Positions 17,409 to 24,679 of a stretch of 32,000 bases of DNA are shown in pieces. How positions within the stretch are numbered: position 1 is the stretch's first letter; every line of letters starts with the position of its first letter. The stretch comes from Gracilimonas sediminicola (lineage in GTDB: Bacteria > Bacteroidota > Rhodothermia > Balneolales > Balneolaceae), in the NCBI RefSeq assembly GCF_024320785.1, contig NZ_JANDBC010000001.1, positions 737,309 through 769,308 on the forward strand. Direction: 5' to 3'. The translations under genes were made by a program, and so were the position numbers. The notes beneath the pieces were generated by a model. It did no database searches, was not told the DNA's origin, and worked only from the letters and a program-made list of their open reading frames with translations.

Positions 17409-18260
17409 CTAATTATCATAGATTACAATCTGAGCAAAATCTTCCGTCCATTGATCTCTTTCCAAATCCATTAACCACTTGTTTAAGGTGATCCAGTTAT
17501 TTTTGTAGCTAAGCTCTTCAGCTAATTTTTCAAACTCATATTTCTCTTTGGTAGCAACGGCAAAAATGAGCTCCGAATAGACCTCCTGATTTCCCTCTGT
17601 TTGAGCCGTAAAGTCTATAATCCGACGTTCTTTTTCGTTGGGGATGAGGCGAAGCTCATCACTTTTAACATAATTCTCCTGCAGGTAAGCATTGGGAAAA
17701 AACATAGCCACACTGTTGTCTTCTTTGATAGAAAATAGTGTGATATATGCATCCTTGGTAGTGGTAACTTCAAATTCAATGGGTTCTCCAACGGTATAGG
17801 CCTTTTTGTTGCTCGATATATCTACCTTGAAATACTGATCGTAGTCTTTATCCAGTTTCTGAACCTTACAGGTGTAGGTTATACCAACCATATTCCCTTC
17901 TACATAATATTCAGGCGTATTCTCCCCCACAATTCTCCCCTCTACGTTAATTCGCATCAGTCGCCGAAAGGTTTGAAAATAGGCAGCATCATTTTCTTCA
18001 ATACTTTCTGTTTCCGCCTGGGCATCAAACGATTTAATATTCAAGCCTGTAACTCTTTGAACGGCTTCTACCCGTGCATCTCTTAATAGTTCCTCTTTCA
18101 CCTGATCTAAAGACCGATCCGATTCCTGCATTAGTTCCAGGTTTACGGTTACCGATTGTGGTTTCTCCTGCCCCAAACACTCGCCGGTAAAAACCATCAG
18201 AAGAATGGTAATGACCAAACGCCCCGTTTCCATCAACCCTTTTGTTTCGAATATTTTCAT
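17409..18260 (-). CDS. Secreted DUF4384 domain-containing protein with an LPP20/FlgT-like N-terminal half (weak)
   Basis: It has a signal peptide (an alternative start at M10 would be nt 18233). The C-terminal half AYTVGEPIEFEVTTTKDAYITLFSIKEDNSVAMFFPNAYL fits the DUF4384 pattern (Y..GE.i.f.v....d.Y...f.i..dg.v..lFPN) as I recall it; this region is about nt 17541-17831. Confidence 0.7.
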   Translation of the reverse strand: MKIFETKGLMETGRLVITILLMVFTGECLGQEKPQSVTVNLELMQESDRSLDQVKEELLRDARVEAVQRVTGLNIKSFDAQAETESIEENDAAYFQTFRRLMRINVEGRIVGENTPEYYVEGNMVGITYTCKVQKLDKDYDQYFKVDISSNKKAYTVGEPIEFEVTTTKDAYITLFSIKEDNSVAMFFPNAYLQENYVKSDELRLIPNEKERRIIDFTAQTEGNQEVYSELIFAVATKEKYEFEKLAEELSYKNNWITLNKWLMDLERDQWTEDFAQIVIYDN

Positions 18261-18381
18261 ACTGCCGTCTTTTTTTGCCGAAAATATAAATCAACTGAAC
18301 ATAAGTTCATTATTTTTTTTGCAAATAATCCCCTAATTATATTAATTCAGCTAAATCTAAACACAATTTTCGGGGGTACTT
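18261..18381. promoter_or_regulatory. AT-rich divergent intergenic region, presumed to hold promoters for the DUF4384 gene (-) and the lipoprotein/caspase operon (+)
   Basis: This 121-bp gap lies between divergent start codons and is very AT-rich, including T9 and A/T runs. Only near-matches to TAnnTTTG are present (TATATTTT on the minus strand). A G-rich SD-like GGGGGT sits 5 nt upstream of ATG 18382. Confidence 0.3.
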
Positions 18382-18756
18382 ATGAAAAGAAATATAATTT
18401 TCATCATGCTTTTCTCTTTTTTATTGGCTGCCTGCACTCAAAGGACCTATATAAGAAAGAATCAATCTCATTTTGACTATCCTAACAGCAATGTTACACC
18501 AATAGGAAGCTCAAAAGTATTGGGGACTTCTAAAACAGGTCTTTCAATGAAGCCGCCAACCATCACTTCGACTATCGAAGCACAAGCTTATCAGGATGCT
18601 CTCAACAAAGTTAGCGGAGCTGATATGTTAATTAATATTGATTACAACTGGAAAGTCACAGTAATACCAGTTTACGTATTGACATTATATACCGGAAAAC
18701 TGACTGTCGAAGGATACCCGGTAACCATGGAAGTAGGCGAACAAGAATTAAATTAA
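18382..18756 (+). CDS. Small lipoprotein, paralogue 1 of a tandem pair (family not recognised)
   Basis: 124 aa with a lipobox (FSFLLAAC). It shares the blocks SH..YPNSNV.P.G, AL.K..GAD, IP...LT and the C-terminal EVGEQEL with the next gene. Confidence 0.75.
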   Translation: MKRNIIFIMLFSFLLAACTQRTYIRKNQSHFDYPNSNVTPIGSSKVLGTSKTGLSMKPPTITSTIEAQAYQDALNKVSGADMLINIDYNWKVTVIPVYVLTLYTGKLTVEGYPVTMEVGEQELN

Positions 18757-18768
18757 TCGAGGTACATC

Positions 18769-19212
18769 ATGAATAAGTTTAAATCACTAATTACAGTTTT
18801 TGCATGTGCACTTCTATTAGTTGGTTGTAGCACTAAATATGGGCAGAGAGTTGTAAGCAGCCATTATGTTTATCCTAATAGTAATGTTGTACCACTGGGG
18901 TATACAACAGCTGAAGTATCCAGAGTAGGTATACTTTTCCCCAAACAAGCTAATAAAGAAGTTTATGAAGAACTCTTTAATCAAGCTTTATCCAAGCACC
19001 AAGGTGCAGATATCATTGTAGATATGGGCCTTGACGTAACTTATACACAAATTCCCATTCCTATTCTTACTATCTGGATTACAAAAATGAACCTTACCGG
19101 AACTGCAGCGTCGGTTGAAGTTGGTGAGCAAGAGTTATCTCAAATAAGAAACCAAAACTTCGAAGAAGTGGTTGATAAATTTCACTCCTTAGACATTACG
19201 AAAATAAGGTGA
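18769..19212 (+). CDS. Small lipoprotein, paralogue 2 of the tandem pair, with a 23-aa C-terminal extension
   Basis: 147 aa with a lipobox (ALLLVGC). It is collinear with paralogue 1 over the whole mature region. An SD-like GAGGT lies upstream. Its stop overlaps the caspase gene start (GTGA). Confidence 0.75.
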   Translation: MNKFKSLITVFACALLLVGCSTKYGQRVVSSHYVYPNSNVVPLGYTTAEVSRVGILFPKQANKEVYEELFNQALSKHQGADIIVDMGLDVTYTQIPIPILTIWITKMNLTGTAASVEVGEQELSQIRNQNFEEVVDKFHSLDITKIR

Positions 19213-20462
19213 GCACGAATAAACCACTAAATATTTCACTATTACTTTTTACAGTACTGGTATTTTCTGCATGTAGTTCGGTAGGAGTATTAAGCTCTGA
19301 AAACGAGTATCTGCCAAAAGCTTCAGATGATGCCAGTATTGTTTTTCAACTGAATTCCAATGTACCTAGAACAACCTTCTATGTAGATGGAAAAGAAGTT
19401 GTAACGGCAGAAAGAGCAAAAATCTTAGTTAATGGTAATGCTCATACCATTACCGCATCTCCTGAGGGATATAGATCAAAAGAAGAGTACTTACAACCTC
19501 CTTACGATAAGACCAATTATCTGCGGTTTACTTTTATGATTGGCGACAAATTGAATACTGATGATGATACTTCAGATCCAATACTGGCCGATCGACAAAG
19601 GAAGCCAGATCAAGCGGCAGTTGAAAAACAGACCCCGGTAGATATTGAATTCGATATCCCAAAAGCCAATAAAATTAATACTGATGCGGTTGGTGTCATC
19701 ATCGGTAATAAGGATTACTCAAAAGACATCCCGAATGTTGATTATGCCGTGAATGATGCAGCTCTTGTAAAAGAATACTTTATAAACACCCTGGGGATCA
19801 AACCCGGAAATATTATTTATGAAGAGAATGCCGGTAAAGCTACTTTTGATGCTATTTTTGGAAATGAAAACAACCATATGGGAAAACTTCACAACTTCGT
19901 GAAACCGGGAAAAAGTGATGTTTATATTTTCTACTCTGGGCATGGTTCCCCCGACGTGAATTCTAACTCGGCTTACATGATGCCTATTGACTCTGACCCC
20001 GCCTTTGTATCCTTCTCAGGCTACAGCACCGACCTTTTGTACGGCAACCTTTCCAAACTGAACGCCAAATCAGTAGCCGTTTTTCTGGATGCCTGCTTTT
20101 CCGGAGCATCCGGTTCCGGTGAAATGCTGATTAAGAATGCCTCTCCCATAGGCATTAAAGTAAAGAACAAAGCTTTAACCATCGATAACAGCCTTATCAT
20201 CACTGCCAGCAGTGGAGAGCAAATTGCCAGCTGGTATCCTCATATGAGACACGGACTCTTTACCTATTTTTTATTGAAGGGATTTAAAGGCGAAGCGGAT
20301 CTTGATAATGATGGAATCTTAACTAAATCAGAGCTTCAAAATTATTTGACCGATCAGGATGATGGAATACCCTACTTCGCAAGGCGACTACACAACCGTA
20401 TCCAAACGCCCGAAATTATTTCCAATGAATACGAAGAAACACTGATAAAGTATAAGAATTAA
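19209..20462 (+). CDS. Caspase-family (peptidase C14) lipoprotein with an N-terminal PEGA-like domain and a C-terminal EF-hand-like loop
   Basis: GTG start. Lipobox is LVFSAC. The PEGA-like segment is TFYVDGKEVV...GNAHTITASPEGYRSKEEY. The caspase dyad is FYSGHG (His codon 19941-19943) and FLDACFSG (Cys codon 20094-20096). DLDNDGILTKSE (20298-20333) fits the canonical 12-residue EF-hand loop. Confidence 0.85.
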   Translation: MSTNKPLNISLLLFTVLVFSACSSVGVLSSENEYLPKASDDASIVFQLNSNVPRTTFYVDGKEVVTAERAKILVNGNAHTITASPEGYRSKEEYLQPPYDKTNYLRFTFMIGDKLNTDDDTSDPILADRQRKPDQAAVEKQTPVDIEFDIPKANKINTDAVGVIIGNKDYSKDIPNVDYAVNDAALVKEYFINTLGIKPGNIIYEENAGKATFDAIFGNENNHMGKLHNFVKPGKSDVYIFYSGHGSPDVNSNSAYMMPIDSDPAFVSFSGYSTDLLYGNLSKLNAKSVAVFLDACFSGASGSGEMLIKNASPIGIKVKNKALTIDNSLIITASSGEQIASWYPHMRHGLFTYFLLKGFKGEADLDNDGILTKSELQNYLTDQDDGIPYFARRLHNRIQTPEIISNEYEETLIKYKN

Positions 20463-20511
20463 TTTTAGTGCTTGCTCAGTGTGTATCATAGCCTTTGCCT
20501 AATAGGACCTG

Positions 20512-20539
20512 CTGTTCCCAACCTAGTGGTTGGGAACAG
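20512..20539. terminator. Perfect 12-bp stem / 4-nt loop hairpin between convergent genes
   Basis: The sequence is CTGTTCCCAACC-tagt-GGTTGGGAACAG. It lies between the caspase gene stop (20462) and the carboxyltransferase gene stop (20564). There is no U-tract on either side. Confidence 0.55.
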
Positions 20540-20563
20540 TGAGGGCTCAGACGCATCAAAATA

Positions 20564-22114
20564 TTACAGCGGCAGATTGTCGTGCTTTTTCTTCGGCACA
20601 GATTCCACTTTGTTATGGGACACTTCCAGTGCTTTAATCAGTTTCTCACGGGTTTCGGAAGGCAGTATTACATCATCCACATAGCCGCGCTCGGCCGCTT
20701 TATAAGGGTGAGCAAAGTTCTCGCTATACTGATCTTCCAGTTCCTTCTGCTTGGCTTCCGGATCATCGGCTTTGGCTATTTCTTTACGGAAGATGATTTC
20801 CACCGCACCCTTGGTACCCATTACGGCAATCTCGGCTGTTGGCCAGGCTACGTTGTAATCAGCCCTTATGTGCTTGGAGTTCATCACATCGTAAGCTCCA
20901 CCATAGGCCTTACGGGTAATCACGGTCATTTTTGGAACCGTAGCCTCGCAGAATGCATACAGCAGCTTAGCGCCGTGTTTGATGATTCCATTCCACTCCT
21001 GATCGGTACCGGGCAGGAAGCCGGGCACATCTTCAAATACAACCAGCGGAATGTTGAACGCATCGCAGAAACGAACAAAACGAGCTCCTTTCAGAGAAGC
21101 ATCTATATCCAAAACTCCAGCCAGTGAAAGCGGCTGATTGGCAACCACGCCAACACTACGGCCTCCAAGTCGGGCAAAACCGACCACGATGTTATCCGCA
21201 TAGTCTTTGTGAACCTCGAAGAAGGAATCTTTATCCATAATTCCATCAATCACATCATGAATATCATACGGCTTGTTGGGGTTAAGCGGCACCAGGTCTT
21301 CCAGTGCTTTGGCTTTGGCCGAATCCGGTTCTTTGGATTCTACCATCGGTACTTTTTCCTCACAATTCTGAGGCACGTATTTCATCAGCTGCCGGATGTC
21401 ATTCAGACATACCGCATCGTTAGGGCTGGAAAAATGAGAAACCCCGGATTTGGTGCTGTGTGTGGAAGCACCGCCTAATTCTTCGGATGTAACTTCTTCA
21501 TGCGTTACCGTTTTCACCACATTCGGTCCGGTTACAAACATATAGCTGGAATTTTCCACCATAAAAATGAAATCGGTAAGCGCCGGACTGTAAACGGCTC
21601 CACCTGCACAAGGCCCCATCACAGCCGAAATCTGAGGCACAACGCCCGAGGCCATACTGTTTCTCCAGAATACCTCAGCATAACCGCCCAGCGAGGATAC
21701 CCCTTCCTGGATGCGAGCGCCTCCGGAGTCGTTAAGTCCGATGATCGGTACTCCATTCTTCAAGGCCAGATCCATAATCTTGCAAATTTTCTCTGCATGG
21801 GTTTCTGACAGAGAACCGCCAAATACGGTAAAATCCTGACTGAAAATATAAACCGGACGGCCGTGAATTTTAGCGTGGCCGGTTACGACCCCATCCCCTA
21901 ATATCTTTTTCTTATCCAATCCGAAAGCTGTACTCCGGTGGGTCACAAACTTGTCAATTTCCTCGAACGAGCCTTTATCCACCAACAGATCGATTCGCTC
22001 GCGGGCGGTTAGTTTGCCTTTATCATGTTGCTTCTCGATTCGGGCCTCACCTCCGCCTTTAAGTGCTTCTTCCCGCAGTTTCTGTAGTCGTTCTACTTTT
22101 GGATTGGATGCCAT
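20564..22114 (-). CDS. Acyl-CoA carboxylase carboxyltransferase (beta) subunit; propionyl-CoA carboxylase beta / methylmalonyl-CoA carboxyltransferase family
   Basis: 516 aa. Family blocks seen are [122 protein letters not shown] and [13 protein letters not shown]. Confidence 0.92.
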   Translation of the reverse strand: MASNPKVERLQKLREEALKGGGEARIEKQHDKGKLTARERIDLLVDKGSFEEIDKFVTHRSTAFGLDKKKILGDGVVTGHAKIHGRPVYIFSQDFTVFGGSLSETHAEKICKIMDLALKNGVPIIGLNDSGGARIQEGVSSLGGYAEVFWRNSMASGVVPQISAVMGPCAGGAVYSPALTDFIFMVENSSYMFVTGPNVVKTVTHEEVTSEELGGASTHSTKSGVSHFSSPNDAVCLNDIRQLMKYVPQNCEEKVPMVESKEPDSAKAKALEDLVPLNPNKPYDIHDVIDGIMDKDSFFEVHKDYADNIVVGFARLGGRSVGVVANQPLSLAGVLDIDASLKGARFVRFCDAFNIPLVVFEDVPGFLPGTDQEWNGIIKHGAKLLYAFCEATVPKMTVITRKAYGGAYDVMNSKHIRADYNVAWPTAEIAVMGTKGAVEIIFRKEIAKADDPEAKQKELEDQYSENFAHPYKAAERGYVDDVILPSETREKLIKALEVSHNKVESVPKKKHDNLPL

Positions 22115-22128
22115 AATTAAGGTATTGT

Positions 22129-23787
22129 TTAAGATTTATATTCGTCAAAATAAGATTGAAGCCGGTCGGTAAAATCGATGGCTACTTCAGATGTCATATC
22201 AACTTTATTAGTCGAAAATACTTTTTTTTCAATGAATTCAGTAGCCTCATCCCAATTGTCCAGCTCCTGAATTTTACTCAGGGCTTTTTCGTATTTCTTA
22301 TCTGATCCTTTGAAAATTTTTTCTACAAAAAAGCCTTCATTGTTGATCATAAAGTCCTTCAGTGTGGGCATGGTCTGGTCGTCTTCGTCCTCTTCATCAA
22401 CGAGTTCATCGACCAGCGTTTCCTCATCAATCAGCATCTCGTCACTATCCGAACCCTTACTGCTCATCAACATATCCATTTGGTCGGGACGTATAAACTG
22501 CTGCCACATGGGCTGCTCGTCATTATCTTCGGCTTCTTCCTCAATAACAGATTCATCCGTATCATCTTCCGCAGCTAATTCATCCAGCACATCCTCTTCT
22601 TCTTTTTCAGGCGCCGGTTCTGCAGGCTTCTCTTCTTTTTTGGAAGACTTCTTTTTCTTCTTCTTTTTTGATTTTTTCTTTTCCTCTTCCTCTTCTTCCG
22701 TCAGGTTTTTGAACGAATGTGCTGCCTGATCAAGTACCGTTACGAGGTTCTCCCGAAACTTCTTGATTTCATCGGTTTGATCTCCGGTTTTGAGTGATTC
22801 CGAGATCTTTTCAGCATCGGGCACTTCTTCAAACTCCTCAAAAATGGACTTATCTTTCTGCTCGGTTTTAAAGAGAGCATTGAACGACTCTTCGTCCGTC
22901 ATTTGCGGACCTTCTTCACTGTAATCGCCAAAAAAACTATCCAACAATCGCTGTTCTTTTTCATCAATTTCTTCCATCTCCTCTTCATCAGGATGGTCAA
23001 AGCGATTTTTCTGAGCAATTAACTCCTCCCGGAACTGATCCCGAAATTTCTCCTGAAGCTTCACGTCCAGCAAGTCTGGATAGGAAAGAATTTCAATAAA
23101 ACGCTCTTTGGTAATCTGCTCATTCAGTTCGTTAAAAGCTTTTGCCGTGAGGTACAATCCCTTGTCTTCAAAAAATAGCTGAATGAGTTTGGCATCTACT
23201 TCTCCTCCAAATAGGGTAAACAAAAGCTCAAGGACCTGCGCCCATTCTTTGGCTGTATAGGATGCAACAAGGTTTGCATCCAGGTTATGGATAAGCAGCT
23301 TACACCTTTTCTTCTCCAGTGTTTTCAGCTTCCTTTTTTTCATATACAGCGGAATGGCTTTACCAAAGTGCTTATAAATAGTCAGCTTGTCGGTTCGCCG
23401 AACCAGCTCTTCGTAATCGAGTTCTTCTTCGCCTTTGTAAATATAATCCGCCATGTGATGACGCGGTTCCAGGTACACCTTCACAATCTCGGTCATTACC
23501 CGGCTGGTAACTACGTAAAACTTGTCTTTAGGAATGCGGGAATTTGCAAATAATGCTTGCTGAAATTCTTTCCACGCATCTTTAACCAGCTGCTGATCAG
23601 TGTTCGCCCATTCCGTGTCTTCTAAAACAAATTCTTTCTTCAGCTTTTCGTTGATTTCGATGCGAATTCGTTCAACAATAAAGGAAGGGAACCCCGCTGA
23701 AAGACAGTCTTTCAGGGTATAATAGGGCTTGTCGGATTTAACCGCGCCAATAAGCCGATCGATGATTTCTTCTACTGCCTGATGCAT
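22129..23787 (-). CDS. Hypothetical protein with a helical N-domain, a ~200-aa acidic/poly-Lys low-complexity centre and a small C-domain
   Basis: This long ORF ends 14 nt upstream of the carboxyltransferase gene on the same strand. I prefer ATG 23787 (MHQAVEEII...) to the track's TTG 23838. I recognise no family. Confidence 0.65.
   Translation of the reverse strand: MHQAVEEIIDRLIGAVKSDKPYYTLKDCLSAGFPSFIVERIRIEINEKLKKEFVLEDTEWANTDQQLVKDAWKEFQQALFANSRIPKDKFYVVTSRVMTEIVKVYLEPRHHMADYIYKGEEELDYEELVRRTDKLTIYKHFGKAIPLYMKKRKLKTLEKKRCKLLIHNLDANLVASYTAKEWAQVLELLFTLFGGEVDAKLIQLFFEDKGLYLTAKAFNELNEQITKERFIEILSYPDLLDVKLQEKFRDQFREELIAQKNRFDHPDEEEMEEIDEKEQRLLDSFFGDYSEEGPQMTDEESFNALFKTEQKDKSIFEEFEEVPDAEKISESLKTGDQTDEIKKFRENLVTVLDQAAHSFKNLTEEEEEEKKKSKKKKKKKSSKKEEKPAEPAPEKEEEDVLDELAAEDDTDESVIEEEAEDNDEQPMWQQFIRPDQMDMLMSSKGSDSDEMLIDEETLVDELVDEEDEDDQTMPTLKDFMINNEGFFVEKIFKGSDKKYEKALSKIQELDNWDEATEFIEKKVFSTNKVDMTSEVAIDFTDRLQSYFDEYKS
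22627..22699. repeat. Near-pure polypyrimidine (+ strand) tract encoding [24 protein letters not shown] on the minus strand
   Basis: Direct reading gives cttctcttcttttttggaagacttctttttcttcttcttttttgattttttcttttcctcttcctcttcttcc. It is low-complexity sequence made of simple A/G codon repeats on the coding strand. Confidence 0.8.
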
Positions 23788-23914
23788 AAGTCGTTTTAGT
23801 ATTTCACTGAAAATAAAGCCTGCCGGCTCGCAATACAATTAAGGATTTAGATATTCCGTTATAGTTTTCAAATTTTATGAACTGAAAGCATATTCTTATT
23901 AGTCACAAACTTGC

Positions 23915-23922
23915 TACCTTTG
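23915..23922 (+). promoter_or_regulatory. Candidate -7 promoter element (TAnnTTTG) ending only 4 nt before the ABC ATPase ATG (intervening nt 23923-23926)
   Basis: TACCTTTG is an exact consensus match in the divergent intergenic region, and the ATG is at 23927. That spacing would imply a leaderless or near-leaderless mRNA. It could be a chance match. Confidence 0.25.
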
Positions 23923-23926
23923 GGGC

Positions 23927-24547
23927 ATGATTTCACTTCAGGTACAAAATCTTTCCAAAAAATATAACCGACATACCATCTTTTCGGATCTCAGTTTTGA
24001 GCACACCGGAGGAATTCTGGGTATTTCGGGAGCTAACGGTAGTGGCAAGTCAACATTGATGAAATGCCTGGCTTATCTGCTTCGCCCAAATTCAGGAACC
24101 ATTATCTGGAAGCAGGATGAAGAATCGATGAATCAAAAACAGGTGAAAGCGAAGCTGGGTTATGCCGCTCCTTATATAAATCTTTATGCAGAGCTTTCGG
24201 TTGAGGAGAACCTGCGGTTTTTAGTGGAAGCCGGGGGCAAATCAGCCCACGAAGACCGGCTTTCCGCCTTACTTGAGAAGGTTCAGATTCCACATTTGAG
24301 CGATCAGCTTTTTGGAAGCCTTTCTACCGGACAACAACAACGTGTTAAATTGGCCGCCGCTCTGGTTCGCAAGCCTGAAATATTAATGCTGGATGAACCC
24401 GGCTCCAATCTCGACGAAAAAGGACATGCATTGGTATCCGAGATAGTCAAAGAAGCAGCTGAGGCCGGTACCCTGGTTTTCCTCGCTTCCAACGATCCTA
24501 ACGAAATTGCCTTGTGTGATACCGTACTTAACGTTAGTGAGGAGTGA
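23927..24547 (+). CDS. ABC transporter ATP-binding protein (short, stand-alone NBD; CcmA/ABC-2-like)
   Basis: Walker A is GANGSGKST, the signature is LSTGQQQR and Walker B is ILMLDEPGSNLD. No permease gene is adjacent. The H-loop position reads ASND (Asn codon 24491-24493) and the Q-loop region reads GYAAPY. Confidence 0.85.
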   Translation: MISLQVQNLSKKYNRHTIFSDLSFEHTGGILGISGANGSGKSTLMKCLAYLLRPNSGTIIWKQDEESMNQKQVKAKLGYAAPYINLYAELSVEENLRFLVEAGGKSAHEDRLSALLEKVQIPHLSDQLFGSLSTGQQQRVKLAAALVRKPEILMLDEPGSNLDEKGHALVSEIVKEAAEAGTLVFLASNDPNEIALCDTVLNVSEE

Positions 24548-24607
24548 TGAGTGATAAAGTGATGGGGTGATTGAAAGCTACTCCTCACTTTATAACTTTA
24601 TAACTCT
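24544..24607. repeat. Cluster of short repeats: GTGAT x4 followed by tandem CTTTATAA x2, with inverted complementarity between the halves
   Basis: GTGAT occurs at 24544, 24551, 24559 and 24567. CTTTATAA occurs at 24588-24595 and 24596-24603. AGTGAGGAG (24536-24544) is complementary to CTCCTCACT (24581-24589). GAGTGATAAAGT (24549-24560) is 11/12 complementary to ACTTTATAACTC (24595-24606). Confidence 0.6.
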
Positions 24608-24627
24608 CAACTGTCTTCGGATTCTCT

Positions 24628-24635
24628 TAACTTTG
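24628..24635 (+). promoter_or_regulatory. Candidate -7 promoter element (TAnnTTTG) upstream of the M29 aminopeptidase gene
   Basis: TAACTTTG is an exact consensus match, 45 nt upstream of ATG 24680, intergenic and correctly oriented. Confidence 0.3.
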
Positions 24636-24679
24636 TCTGCCAAATCGAATATTCATCATTCCAAATCCAATACTGCACT

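Noticed and set aside
17409-20462. Bacterial gasdermin / caspase-like protease defence operon
   Set aside because: The caspase and all its neighbours carry signal peptides or lipoboxes, so they are extracytoplasmic. No gasdermin-like ~250-aa cytoplasmic protein is present, and there are no NACHT, TPR or other sensor domains.
16374-20540. Calling the exported-protein block a mobile element, prophage or genomic island with defined ends
   Set aside because: I could find no integrase, transposase, tRNA gene or flanking direct repeats. Only a local AT-richness from spot counts and bordering hairpins support foreign origin, so I report it as an accessory-looking block only.
20472-20684. 70-aa plus-strand ORF in and beyond the caspase/carboxyltransferase intergenic region
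   Set aside because: It spans the terminator hairpin and then runs antisense into the carboxyltransferase gene. No supporting features were seen.
20582-21127. 181-aa plus-strand ORF, with neighbours 21209..21478 and 21500..21808
   Set aside because: They are antisense to the carboxyltransferase gene. They show no motifs and a biased His/Phe/Arg composition typical of an antisense frame.
22310-22729. 139-aa Ser-rich plus-strand ORF ([17 protein letters not shown]...[11 protein letters not shown])
   Set aside because: It is a mirror-image artefact of the D/E/K-rich low-complexity region of the minus-strand gene.
24544-24607. Possible CRISPR array or other spaced-repeat locus (GTGAT x4, CTTTATAA x2)
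   Set aside because: The repeat units are only 5-8 bp with 2-3 bp 'spacers', far below CRISPR dimensions, and no cas genes are in the window.
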